In this document: positions 12,701 through 23,235 of the stretch, in pieces
Numbering within the stretch: position 1 is the first letter of the stretch
Layout: every line of letters starts with the position of its first letter
Assembly: GCA_963804995.1 (NCBI GenBank)
Contig: CAWDSK010000001.1
Span: 32,001-96,000 of the forward strand
Reading direction: 5' to 3'
DNA length: 64,000 nucleotides
From: an uncultured Acidobacteriota bacterium
GTDB taxonomy: Bacteria; Acidobacteriota; Terriglobia; UBA7540
Translations under genes and position numbers: made by a program
The notes under the pieces: model-generated
Databases searched by the model: none
What the model saw: only the letters and a program-made list of their open reading frames with translations
What the model was told of the DNA's origin: nothing

Positions 12701-12727
12701 AGCTTATTTTTTCTTAGCATTTCTTAC
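12701..12727 (-). promoter_or_regulatory. Triple TAAG direct repeat with 10-bp period in the divergent receptor/regulator promoter
   Basis: CTTA at 12703, 12713 and 12723; minus strand reads gtaagaaatgctaagaaaaaataagct, followed by TTGCCT-N17-TAAAAG. Confidence 0.6.
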
Positions 12728-12731
12728 TAGA

Positions 12732-14507
12732 ATGCGTTCAAGAAAGAGTGTTGTCTACGAATTCGATCGTTTTCGGTTCGATCCTCGCAGGCGATTGCTA
12801 TGGGAGGAAGGTAAGCGTGTCTCCGTCCACCCGAAGGCACTTGACCTGCTGTTGGTCCTTCTTGAAAATCGCGATCGAGTGATGTCTAAAGAACAGCTTG
12901 TCCAGGCACTGTGGCCCAGTACCGTCGTGGAAGAATCCAACCTGACACAGAACATATTCCAACTGCGCAGGGCACTTGGTGAAGATGCCCACAACCACCA
13001 GCACATTGTCACGCTTCATGGTTCCGGGTATCGCTTTGTCTCAAATGTGCGGCCAGTGGCAGCAGGCGGCACCAGCTTCAGCCAGGAGGGGCGGAGCAAA
13101 GCAAGCGAGAAGGAAGGTGATCCGGCGGCTCGATCGATTGCGATATTGCCACTCCGGCCTTTGAGTACAGATGCGGCTGATGAATATCTAGGACAGGGAA
13201 TGGCGGAGGCACTCACCGCCAAGCTCTCCAGCCTCCCACAATTGGTGGTTCGACCGACGGCGGGCATCGTGCTAAAGGAACATGGGGCACAACAAGAACC
13301 TGTGCGAATCGGACGCCGGTTGGGTGTTGCGTCGGTTGTCTATGGGACCGTGCTGCGAGTGGGTAAAAGAATTCGGATCACGGTTCACGTTGTGAGCGTG
13401 CAGGATGGCGCGTTGAAGTGGGCAGCCCAGTTCGAGGGAAGGCTCACGGAGATTCTGACGCTTCAAGACCAAATCGCTGCACAGGTGGCTGGTGCGGTCG
13501 TGTCAATACTTACCAGCGAAGATAGGGAACGCCTCAAGCAGCGGCACACCGAGAACACCGATGCGTATCTAACATACATTAAGGGCCGGTACTTCTTGAG
13601 CAAGCGATCGCCTGAAGGGTTTCGCAAAGCGGCAGAGTATTTTGAGCAGGCAAGCCATCTCGATCCTGCGTACGCTTTGGCCTTTGCCGGCTCGGCGGAT
13701 TGCAACTGCCTGCTTGCATGTTACAGTGTGGGCCCGCCACTGGAGGCGTGGCCAAAGGCCAAATCCGCCGCTCTCCGTGCTCTGGAAATTGATAGTGGGC
13801 TTGCCGAAGCTCATGCCACCTTGGGGTTGGGTCGGCTCGGGTACGAGTGGGATTGGCCAGGGTCAGAACGCGAATGCCTGCGAGCCTTGGCTCTGAACCC
13901 GAACTGTGCGATCGCGCACGACTACTACGCCGACTACTTAACCGCCATGGGCCGGCACGATGAGGCGATCGCCGCGGTCAAACGAGCCCAGGAACTGGAC
14001 CCTCTTTCGCTTATCGTTAATTGCGATGTTGGCGCCAATCTATACAGGGCGCGGCAATATCAGGAGGCTGTAAGGCAACTCAAGAACACCGTCACGATGG
14101 ACCCTGACTTTGCCTTGGCGCACTGGTGGTTGGGATGCGCGTACGAGATCCAAGGAATGTACCAACAAGCTCTAGCACAGCTTGAAGAGGCATTCAGGCT
14201 ATTCAATGACGGTCCACCGATGCTCGCCTCCCTGGGGCACGTGTATGCTGCGTGTGGAGAGAGGGAGCGGGCCTACAAAGTGGTGGAGCAATTGCACGAG
14301 GTTTCTCGGCATCGTTATGTTTCCCCCTTCGATATGGCTCTCCCGTACGTCGGACTGGGGGACAAAGATGAAGCCTTTGGCTGGCTAGAGAGGGCCTGCG
14401 TGGACAAGCCCTGGCAACTGGCTTTCCTCAAAGTGGAGCCAAGATTGGATCCCCTTCATTCTGACGCACGTTTTAAGAACCTACTGCGCCGACTCGGTCT
14501 GGAGTGA
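12732..14507 (+). CDS. OmpR/CadC-type winged-helix regulator with TolB-like and TPR domains
   Basis: YEFDRF..LLVLLE..VEESNLTQNIFQLRRALG..GYRF; SIAILP; TPRs; EPRLDPL C-terminus. Confidence 0.9.
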   Translation: MRSRKSVVYEFDRFRFDPRRRLLWEEGKRVSVHPKALDLLLVLLENRDRVMSKEQLVQALWPSTVVEESNLTQNIFQLRRALGEDAHNHQHIVTLHGSGYRFVSNVRPVAAGGTSFSQEGRSKASEKEGDPAARSIAILPLRPLSTDAADEYLGQGMAEALTAKLSSLPQLVVRPTAGIVLKEHGAQQEPVRIGRRLGVASVVYGTVLRVGKRIRITVHVVSVQDGALKWAAQFEGRLTEILTLQDQIAAQVAGAVVSILTSEDRERLKQRHTENTDAYLTYIKGRYFLSKRSPEGFRKAAEYFEQASHLDPAYALAFAGSADCNCLLACYSVGPPLEAWPKAKSAALRALEIDSGLAEAHATLGLGRLGYEWDWPGSERECLRALALNPNCAIAHDYYADYLTAMGRHDEAIAAVKRAQELDPLSLIVNCDVGANLYRARQYQEAVRQLKNTVTMDPDFALAHWWLGCAYEIQGMYQQALAQLEEAFRLFNDGPPMLASLGHVYAACGERERAYKVVEQLHEVSRHRYVSPFDMALPYVGLGDKDEAFGWLERACVDKPWQLAFLKVEPRLDPLHSDARFKNLLRRLGLE

Positions 14508-14980
14508 TGAAGCTTGATTTGCAGTGCTTTCAAGATGCATGCCCCTCACGACTGACCTGCACCGATGAGGGGTCAAATCTACGGCGCGAATAAGTAATGC
14601 CATCCCCTACCCTCACACGGAGCTGGTTGCGGTATCAGAAGCCCGTGTGTAGCGCTTTCGGCGAAAGCGACGGGATCCCATTCTTGCGATGTGTGTTGAC
14701 TGCGCGTTCGCCCGTGCAGATTGATCGCGTGGCTTCGCCTCATCCTGACCTGACGATTTTATCGGCAGTTCCAACCGCTGCAAGATATTGACTAGGACCC
14801 TTTTGGCCACTAGCGAGAGTTGTCCCTACCAACAATCTCTTTCAGACTGAAATCCTTGCTCATATTGAGGGGCGTTGCTGACGTCGTCCTGCAACCACCC
14901 GGTTTGTTGCGGGGGCAGTACGGGAAACGGAGTGATCACCCTCAGTTAAGGCAAGAAAGTATATGTACACCTTCCCGGCA

Positions 14981-15484
14981 TCCGTCGCGTTAAGAAATAG
15001 TAAGAAAAATTCAGGTATGCGCCTTGTCTCATCGCTCCGTCTGGCTGTAGAAATACTATCGAGTTTACTGAAGCGTAAGGATGTAAGGCAGGAATGGCTA
15101 CTTCGTGTTTGGGGAATTTGAACCCGCACCTTCGTCTCTCCATTTCCTTTCGTCGGATGATGGCTTGGGGGTTTAGATGGAAGTCTACGCAATCAGGAGA
15201 CTATTACTGTTGTTCGGAGCCCCTCTGCTAGCCAGCACTGCCCTTTGGGCGCAGCACAAAGCTGACATTTTGGGGACTGTAACGGATTCATCGGGGGCCG
15301 TCATCCGGAATGCAAAAGTTGTGGTCTCCAATCCTGACAAAGGTTTCTATTGCGATATGAAGAGTAACATGCTCGCATTGCGGGAGAATAGTGCCACCCC
15401 TACCTTACCGGACGGAGGCTCGGCGGATCTCTATAAAGCATTCCTCCCGTATTTTGAGACCACCGAATCCATCGGACTTCACAC
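14981..15484 (+). repeat. Exact direct repeat, copy B of 1..504
   Basis: Sequence identity with an offset of 14980. Confidence 0.95.
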
Positions 15485-16340
15485 CCCCCATACAGTACCT
15501 AACATAAATGACCGGTGTCGACGCGTTGGTTTCGCGTTTCGTGCATTCGGCAAGAACACGATTCTTCGCGCAGGACATGGAATCTATTACAATTACAACA
15601 TCCAGCCGTCGGGGGCGGGAGAGGCCCAAAATATCCCTTTTCAAGCAGCGCCTGCGCAGAACGCTAACACCGCGCTGCCGGGCAACCCAACGTCAACTTT
15701 TCTACCGGACATAACGGTCCAAAATCCGCTCGGTGCGGCTTCGGTCCCCATTCCTCTCCATCCGACTGTCATATTGCAACAACGTGATTTTGTGAATGCA
15801 GCCGTCCAGCAGTGGAACATTACTCTTCAACACCAAATTAAACAGAATTGGATTGTAAGGAGATCCTACGTCGGCTCTCAGCTGCATCACCTGCTATGGT
15901 ACCGTGGCGAGATCAATCAACCTTTGGTCCAACTTCCGAACAAAACTAATCAGCAACAGAGACCCTTCCAGCCTTGGGGGAGGGGCCAGGCGATTCGGAG
16001 TGGGGCCAAGCAGAATTTCGACCAGTTCCAGTTGGAGTCCATTAAGCGCCTTTCGAATGGATCCTCCTTCCAGGTCGAGAATAATTGGACGCGTAGCCTG
16101 GACAATGCGGACGTCTTCTTTGGTCCGCAACAATGGCACTTCCCGAACCTAGCGCCGGCATCCAGATCGATTGACAGAGCCGTAGCTCCGGCGCGGAGTG
16201 CATTGCAGCACGCGGGAACTGGAAGCGCCATTTTTGCACTGCCTCGACCAGTACGACTGGAACCCCAAACCCTTCGTCTGGACAAGGACGGCAGATCAGA
16301 TCTCTTCCGGTATCGCGAGACTTTGTCCGTGACCTTGTGA
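15177..16340 (+). pseudogene. Mosaic TonB-dependent receptor fragment
   Basis: First ~103 aa identical to 197..; then RVGFAFR..ILRAGHGIYYN and QQWNITLQ from a different receptor segment; no barrel C-terminus. Confidence 0.7.
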
Positions 16341-16394
16341 CTCAGGTCACTGGCGACGAAATTTCAGCTTAAAAGCAGGGAGGACCCACAACGC

Positions 16395-17249
16395 ATGCAT
16401 AGATTCCTATTTCATAATGACCGGATCTTGGCTCTTCAGGACGTTCGTCTCTCGCCCGGCCAAGCAGGCCTCTTTAATGGTTGGGGCGTGTTCACCACTC
16501 TCCGTATTTTCAACGGGTGTCCATTTGCTTCTGAGCATCACTGGAAGCGACTTTCGATTGATGCCAAGCGTCTCCAGATCCCATTCGATTTCAAATATGA
16601 GACCCTGCTCGCCCGCCTCCGCGAACTGATACAAGTCAACGAGGTGAAAAATGGATGTGCGCGCGTCTACTTTGTGTACAACAAAGTCGGCTGTTGGTGC
16701 AGCGACGAATCCTTTCCCGTAACCGACGTAGTGATGTACACCAACGAACCAATCGCCCGCGAAGGCATGGCGAAGTTGTGCCTCATTCCCTATGGGCGTC
16801 TGGCGGCTGGGCAATTGGCAGGTACAAAAGTGACATCATGGCTTGACAACGTCTGGAGCCTGGAACAAGCGAGACATCGCGGGTTTGACGAGGCAATCCT
16901 TCTGAATGAGCGCGGCGAAGTAGCAGAGTGTACGGCAGCGAACCTGTTTTGTGTCCGAAATGGCAAGGTGGAGACCCCGCCCTTGTCTTCCGGTTGTCTC
17001 GCCGGCGTCACCCGTGAAATTCTGCTGGAAATCGGACCCACGGCTGGAATTCCTATAATCGAAAGAACTCTTTGCTTACAGGATTTGTATCGCGCAGAGG
17101 AGGTTTTCATTACGTCGACAACGCGTAACGCTCAGGCGGTCAGCCAGATTGAGCATCATACTCTTCTACAAGCCCCGGGCGTAATCACAGCGCGCTTAAG
17201 TCAACTCTTCTCAGAATATGTAGATCGATATCTCTTGGAGCATTCGTAA
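16395..17249 (+). CDS. PLP fold type IV aminotransferase (D-amino-acid/BCAT/ADC lyase family)
   Basis: GVFTTLR, HWKRL, catalytic K in GTKVTS, GEVAECTAANLF, LAGVTR. Confidence 0.9.
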   Translation: MHRFLFHNDRILALQDVRLSPGQAGLFNGWGVFTTLRIFNGCPFASEHHWKRLSIDAKRLQIPFDFKYETLLARLRELIQVNEVKNGCARVYFVYNKVGCWCSDESFPVTDVVMYTNEPIAREGMAKLCLIPYGRLAAGQLAGTKVTSWLDNVWSLEQARHRGFDEAILLNERGEVAECTAANLFCVRNGKVETPPLSSGCLAGVTREILLEIGPTAGIPIIERTLCLQDLYRAEEVFITSTTRNAQAVSQIEHHTLLQAPGVITARLSQLFSEYVDRYLLEHS

Positions 17250-17279
17250 CAAATACCACAAAGCGAATGGGGGGAAGGA

Positions 17280-18287
17280 ATGAGCGAAACAATTCGTGTA
17301 ATTCAGTACGGGGTTGGCCCGATCGGCGCGGGCCTTGTTCGTCTAATGCTGCAGAAACCCAACCTCGAAATCGTCGGCGCCATTGACACGGATCCGGAAA
17401 AAGTAGGGAAATATCTGGGGTGTCTTGCGGGAGCTGATCGGCACGCGGGTGTTATGGTCAGTGATGACGCCAAATCGGTACTGCATTCCGGCGCTGATGT
17501 CGTACTTCATGCCACGTCGTCTTACCTGAAACACGTCAATGACCAGCTCATGGCCTGCATGGAGGCTGGGCTCCATGTAATTTCCACCTGCGAAGAACTT
17601 TCTTATCCGTTCCGGAAATACCCGGAGTTGAGCGCGCATCTCGATCAATGTGCCTGCGAAAACAAGGTGGCGGTGCTCGGCACTGGGGTGAATCCAGGCT
17701 TCGCAATGGATAAGCTAGTATTGACACTAGCCACGGCTTGCCACCGAGTTGATAAAGTCCAGGTCTGCCGCGTTGTTGATGCTTCGAAAAGACGCCAACC
17801 CCTGCAGAAGAAGATAGGATCGGGGCTCACCGTAGAACAGTTCCACGTGCAGCGCGACGCGGGAACCATTAAGCATCATGGCCTTCCCGAATCTGCCGCA
17901 ATGATTGCCGATTCGCTCGGTTTGCGGGTTGACCGCATCGAAGAAAGCATAGATCCGGTGATCGCCAAAGAAACCGTGAAAACTGACTTCTTTGAAGTTC
18001 CCCCCGGTCGGGTAGTGGGTGTGCGTCAGGTAGCGCGCGGATTAAAGGACGAGGAGGAGAATGTTCGGTTGGAACTCCAGATGTACCTGGGCGCAGCAGA
18101 TCCGATCGATGCCATCAAGATCACAGGGGTGCCGGGACTGAACCTTCAGATCCCTGGGGGGATTCACGGAGACCTCGCCACTGCTGCGGTAGCAGTCAAC
18201 TGTATCCCCGCGATGCTGGAAGCAAAGCCGGGTCTTCGTACCTCGAAAGATATTCCGATGTGCTATCTGCCGGTCAAGCCGAACTGA
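17280..18287 (+). CDS. DapB-like NAD(P)-dependent amine dehydrogenase (2,4-diaminopentanoate dehydrogenase-like)
   Basis: YGVGPIG Rossmann motif, STCEEL, GTGVNPGF, GDLATAA. Confidence 0.75.
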   Translation: MSETIRVIQYGVGPIGAGLVRLMLQKPNLEIVGAIDTDPEKVGKYLGCLAGADRHAGVMVSDDAKSVLHSGADVVLHATSSYLKHVNDQLMACMEAGLHVISTCEELSYPFRKYPELSAHLDQCACENKVAVLGTGVNPGFAMDKLVLTLATACHRVDKVQVCRVVDASKRRQPLQKKIGSGLTVEQFHVQRDAGTIKHHGLPESAAMIADSLGLRVDRIEESIDPVIAKETVKTDFFEVPPGRVVGVRQVARGLKDEEENVRLELQMYLGAADPIDAIKITGVPGLNLQIPGGIHGDLATAAVAVNCIPAMLEAKPGLRTSKDIPMCYLPVKPN

Positions 18288-18348
18288 GCTTGACACGAGA
18301 GAGCAGCGGGGGTACGAGTTCGCGCCCGCTCGAAGTCAAAAACTCGGA

Positions 18349-19824
18349 GTGAGCACAGAAGCCATGCACAAACCCATGCCGTTCATATTCTTGCTCGCCA
18401 GCCTGGCAGTTGCCCAACGACCCTTGTTCCGCGTCGTGGATATTGACGTGGGCGCGACGGATCGAGTCCAGTTCGCAGATGGCAAGAGCGCGACCGTGAA
18501 GCTGCTCGCGATCAATGAAACTCGCTACCAAGCTCGTTCGGCGATCCGGGACGCGCGCGCGGAGGTGGAGATCAATGGGTCCCGAGCCACTCTTTCCTGC
18601 GGGAACTACCGTCTGCCGGTCACAGTGGGTGGCGTGCAGGCTGACTGCGCTGTGACCAAGGCCTACTATCAGGACACCAATCAGGATCACTGGGCGCTTG
18701 AAAAGGATGCCCGTCTGCGCCTCTGGCCCGCGGGGCCGCCCTTCGTGCCACCCGGATCATTGGTTTATCCGGTTCGGCAGCGCTGGTTCGCCTCGCTGAC
18801 GCAAATGGCGAACGAACCGTGCTACGTCGCCGCGGAAGAGAGTATCAGTTCGGCGAAAATCTACTATCACAACGGCCTCGATATTGGCGGGGCCGAGGGC
18901 TTGGTGGATGTCATCGCCGCGACCAGTGGTCTCGTGGTGGGCCTCGGAACAGCGGTGATCGACCAAGAAGAAGACAATAAAACCATCCACACAAGTTTCA
19001 ACGATACCATCTGGGTGCAGGATGAGCGGGGCTGGTACCATCGCTACACGCACCTCTACTCCTATGACCCGTCGGTGAAGCTGGGCGGACGGGTCGTCAT
19101 GGGGCAGAAGATCGGCACGCTCGGGAAAGAAGGTTCGAGCGGCGGCTGGTCACATCTCCATTACGAGATCGTCGCCCCGCAGCCGTCCGGCAAATTGGGG
19201 ACTCTTGAAGGCTATGTGTTCCTGTGGGAAGCCTACCGGCGGCAGTACAAGCCCTCGCTGATCGCCGTTGCGCGGCCTCACCAAGTCGTCCTGGTGGGAG
19301 AAAAGGCGACGCTGGATGGATCGCGATCGTGGAGCGAGTCGCACCTTGCCCGCTACGATTGGACTTTCACGGATGGCGAGAAAGCCTCGGGATCGAAAGT
19401 CGAGAGGTCTTATTCGAAAGCCGGCACCTACAGCGAAATTCTGATGATCACCGACGACCACGGCCGCATCGCTTATGACTTCGAGACGGTCAACGTGCTC
19501 GATCCGAAACATCCTGAGCAGGTGCCGCCGTCGATTCAAGCCGCGTACTTTCCTACCATGGGCATTGCGCCGGGGAAGCCGGTCACTTTCAAAGTCCGGA
19601 CGTTTGGCACAACGGATGGACAGGAGACTTGGTCATTCGGGGACGGCTCGACCGCCACCACCAAGTCCGATGGCAACGTCGAAAAATATGCGAAGGATGG
19701 GTTCGCCATCACCACGCACGCCTTCCAAAAGCCGGGAGACTATATCGTGCGTGTAGAGCGCTCATGCCATCTAGGCCAGAAGGCGATCGCCCATCTGTGG
19801 TTGCGCGTGGGCGGCTCCGAGTAG
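18349..19824 (+). CDS. Exported M23-family peptidase with two C-terminal PKD domains
   Basis: HNGLD, YTHL and HLH M23 motifs; WTFTDG and WSFGDG PKD motifs. Confidence 0.85.
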   Translation: MSTEAMHKPMPFIFLLASLAVAQRPLFRVVDIDVGATDRVQFADGKSATVKLLAINETRYQARSAIRDARAEVEINGSRATLSCGNYRLPVTVGGVQADCAVTKAYYQDTNQDHWALEKDARLRLWPAGPPFVPPGSLVYPVRQRWFASLTQMANEPCYVAAEESISSAKIYYHNGLDIGGAEGLVDVIAATSGLVVGLGTAVIDQEEDNKTIHTSFNDTIWVQDERGWYHRYTHLYSYDPSVKLGGRVVMGQKIGTLGKEGSSGGWSHLHYEIVAPQPSGKLGTLEGYVFLWEAYRRQYKPSLIAVARPHQVVLVGEKATLDGSRSWSESHLARYDWTFTDGEKASGSKVERSYSKAGTYSEILMITDDHGRIAYDFETVNVLDPKHPEQVPPSIQAAYFPTMGIAPGKPVTFKVRTFGTTDGQETWSFGDGSTATTKSDGNVEKYAKDGFAITTHAFQKPGDYIVRVERSCHLGQKAIAHLWLRVGGSE

Positions 19825-19970
19825 TCATGCCCGGCTCCCCGGCGCGTCCCCAGTTGGAGCTTTGGGCCGGCGCTACTGTTGGCCCGAGGGTTCTCCTGGT
19901 AGTGGGTCAGTTTGGTTGGTTGCGGCGGTGGTCTCTGACCGCCGGTTTTGAGATTCAACGACTTCGGCGC

Positions 19971-20375
19971 TCATAGAGCGCCGCTACAGGTCAGCGAGCG
20001 GTCATAGCTTACGACCAGTCGTCGGTAGTTTCCCAGCCAGCCGATGTTGCGCTGGACGATCCAGCGCCGTTTATACCGGCGCAGGGGACGACCGTCGTGA
20101 GTGGGCGGTCGGCTTCGGTTCTTGTGGTGTGGAGTGATCAATTCGATTCCGCGTCGGGCCGGCCGGTCGCCCAGCGGATCGCTGTCGTAGCCGCCGTCGG
20201 TAATCACCCGACGCGCCTTCTGCCAGGAATAACCCGGCTGGTGCCGTCGGCCTACCCGGATCGTCTGCAGCATCGCCTCCGCCAGCCGGACTTCCGCCAG
20301 GGATGCAGAGTGAAGGTCGTTTCCCAAAGGAAGACCCCGGGCGTCGACCAAGCGCGGCAGGGACGCCCGTTGACG
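19971..20375 (-). mobile_element. IS5-family transposase C-terminal remnant
   Basis: LVDARGLPLG, ITDGGYDSDPL, RYKRRWIVQR..WL..YRRL. Confidence 0.75.
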
Positions 20376-20384
20376 GGCTGCCCC

Positions 20385-20581
20385 ATCGCTATCGCTTAAA
20401 GTCAGGTCGGAAGATTCGCACGCTGAAGACCAAGGAAGTTCGAGTGCCGGTACGCCCCGGCGACGTGTTCCTGATTGAGTCCGGCGGAGGAGGCGGCTGG
20501 GGCAATCCCGCGCGGCGCAACCACAAGGCGAGGCAGGCAGACGGCGACGATGGCTTTGTGACGCGCCAGAAGCCGAAGTAA
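20385..20581 (+). pseudogene. Hydantoinase B/oxoprolinase C-terminal fragment
   Basis: VRPGDVFLIESGGGGGWGNP. Confidence 0.75.
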
Positions 20582-20738
20582 TGGAGACCGATGGCCTGAA
20601 ACACGGTATTTCTGAGATGGGAATCAGCCACAGCCCCAAAGGGGCTAAACAAATTTCTTCGACTCAAGCTAACCTGAAACGTTGTCACGTAACGAATCAA
20701 TCCCGATTTCGCCATTACCGAAACAGGGGAGACGCTCG

Positions 20739-20900
20739 GTGAAGTATCGAATTGGAATCGACGTGGGTGGAACCTTCACCGACGTGGTCGGAGTGGACGC
20801 GGCGGGGAAGGTCACCTTCACCAAAGCGGCCACAACTCCGGCCGATCCTTCAATGGGGGTGATGGAGGGACTGACCCTTCTGGCTGCGGCGCTCGACTTC
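20739..20900 (+). pseudogene. Hydantoinase A/oxoprolinase N-terminal fragment
   Basis: RIGIDVGGTFTD..KAATTPADPS. Confidence 0.75.
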
Positions 20901-21703
20901 GTAAACGACGGCGGCCTTGAACTTGACCTCGAAGACGCCCCCGAGCCCGGAAGAATCGTCTTCACCTACAAGAAGTCATCCAAAGCGCCCCATTGATCTC
21001 TTCGTATTGGGTCGGCCCAAGTCATCTTCGGCAGTAGAAAGAACGCGCTGATTAGAGAACAATGGGCCCACAGGCAGCGTATCACGCCGGGAACACCTAT
21101 CCACCCGCCCCACGGTTTGGGAAACCGTTGGCCTATGGGCTGGGTTGCAGCAGAACACTTGTAGGATCAAGCGATTCCTGGCTGTTCTTTGGCTCGGGGA
21201 GGACCTACCGTAGTCGATTTTGTAGCTGCCAATTTCTAGAGATCTCAACAGAATCCAATCTGATACACTCCTCGTCGCCCCAAATGGTGTCAAGGAGGAA
21301 ATAACGGTTTCGATTCAGTTGTCAGGCCCGCAGTCCCGTGTGTAACTTTGGCAATCTCCGCGTCAATACACTATTTCGCCCGAAGGACCCGGCAAACGGC
21401 CCCACTTGCACGCACCGTCGACATCTCGAAGGCCGGAGAGCTTGAACCACCAGAGGTTTTACGGAGCCCCCTATCTCACCGCCGATTTCAGCTGGATAGC
21501 CCCACGAGCGGATTGGGCCTGTTCAAGTCGCCTTCATGGAGATTATCTTACCTAATGTGCGACCGTGCGAGAGCAGGCGTGTACAGTCTAATGCAGCCAA
21601 AGCCACTCACTTTCCCCAGACGCTCTGCAAAAGAAATTGAGCAATGTTCATCGCATATGCCCCACTCAGGACGGCGACTAAAGCTGCATGACAGAGGCAT
21701 GAG

Positions 21704-21878
21704 CATTGCTATAAGGTTCATCAAAACCCCCTCTTTCGGGGGGTTTTGCAACGGAGAATGACACGGCTTTCACAACCCGGTCTCTATCGCCCCAGGAGAG
21801 CAGGATCGTGCTTGCGCTCAGCGAGCACGGCGGCGGGAGACGACGCGAGCGGAAATCGTCGAACTGCTCGGCGTAACC
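21704..21878 (+). pseudogene. Truncated second copy of the AbiEi antitoxin promoter and 5' end
   Basis: Close match to 36682..36857; start codon ATG>ACG; cut by the IS at 21879. Confidence 0.8.
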
Positions 21879-23191
21879 TGTACCTGCCAAAAACTCCGTC
21901 CGGATTGAAATCATTGATGTTGGTTGGCTCCCACTGCTAAGCTTCCCGCTCCCATGTTTACCCTATTCTTTTCCTTCCTGGGCACTCTCCGCTCCTGCTT
22001 CCAAACCCGGGCGGCCTTGCAGTTGGAGATTCTTGCCCTCCGCCACCAGATAAACGTGCTCCGAAGGTCGCAGCGTGGGCGCGTTCGACTCACGGAGGTG
22101 GACCGCCTCTTGTGGACATGGCTGCTGTACCTCTGGCCCGGCTGGCGTTCTGCGCTCATCATCGTCAAGCCGGAAACGGTTATTGCCTGGCATCGCCGGG
22201 GATTCCGCCTGTATTGGACATCGAAGAGTAGACCGGGTAGGCCGGGAAGGCCTGAAGTGTCTCGTGAGGTTCGGGACCTCATCCGGAAGATGAGCCTGGC
22301 GAATCCGCGCTGGGGAGCACCAAGCATCCATGGCGAGCTCCTGAAGCTCGGAATTGAATTATCTCAAGCCACCGCTGCCAAGTACATGGAGCGTCACCGA
22401 AGACCACCCTCCCAGATGTGGCGTACGTTCCTCGATATTCACCTGAAGCAATTGGTCTCCACGGATTTCTTCGTCGTGCCGACGGTGAACTTTCGAATCC
22501 TCTTTGTCTTTGTGGTCTTGGCCCATCAGCGGCGCCGCGTGATTCATTTCAACGTTACTGCCCATCCCACCTCGGAATGGACGGCGCAACAGGTTGTCGA
22601 GGCCTTCCCTTGGGATACGGCCCCACGCTATCTGCTCCGTGATCGCGATAGCATCCATGGCGACGTTTTCCGGCAAAGAGTCCGAGGGATGGCGATTCGC
22701 GAAGTCATGACGGCCCCGAGGGCGCCATGGCAGAGTCCCTATGTGGAGCGCCTGATCGGATCCGTTCGACGGGAGTGCCTGGATCACCTCATCGTACTCA
22801 ACGAGGAGTCTCTGCGCCAGAGGCTCAAGTTGTATTTCGCTTACTACCACCGGGCCCGCACTCACTTGTCGTTGGATAAAGATGCACCGGAGAGCAGACC
22901 GGTTCAACCGCCAGAGCTGGGGTCCGTCGTTGAATTGCGGGAGGTGGGTGGACTGCATCACCGCTACGAACGGCGGGCGGCTTGAAGAATTGTTCACAGA
23001 CTCAAGAGGGGTGTGTTCCCACTGGAGTCGGCCGAGATCGGTGAAGCCTCCCTCCCGCTGGGAACAGAACCTTCCCCGCACTCGCACCGCCATAAAATCT
23101 GGAGGCCGCGTCCGCCCAGCAACTCCCTCGACCCTTTGACACGGTGCGAATTAGCCGCACTTTGCGGTCGATCGAGTTTTTGGCAGGGACA
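21879..23191 (+). mobile_element. IS with integrase-core (rve) transposase 21924..22985, apparently intact
   Basis: Terminal inverted repeats TGTACCTGCCAAAAACTC / GAGTTTTTGGCAGGGACA; TDFF, RDRD, ERLIGSVRRE, GGLHHRY; no target duplication seen. Confidence 0.85.
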
Positions 23192-23235
23192 GGTCTACCC
23201 CGCGGTGGGAATGGGTCGAACTGCTTCCCGATTCG

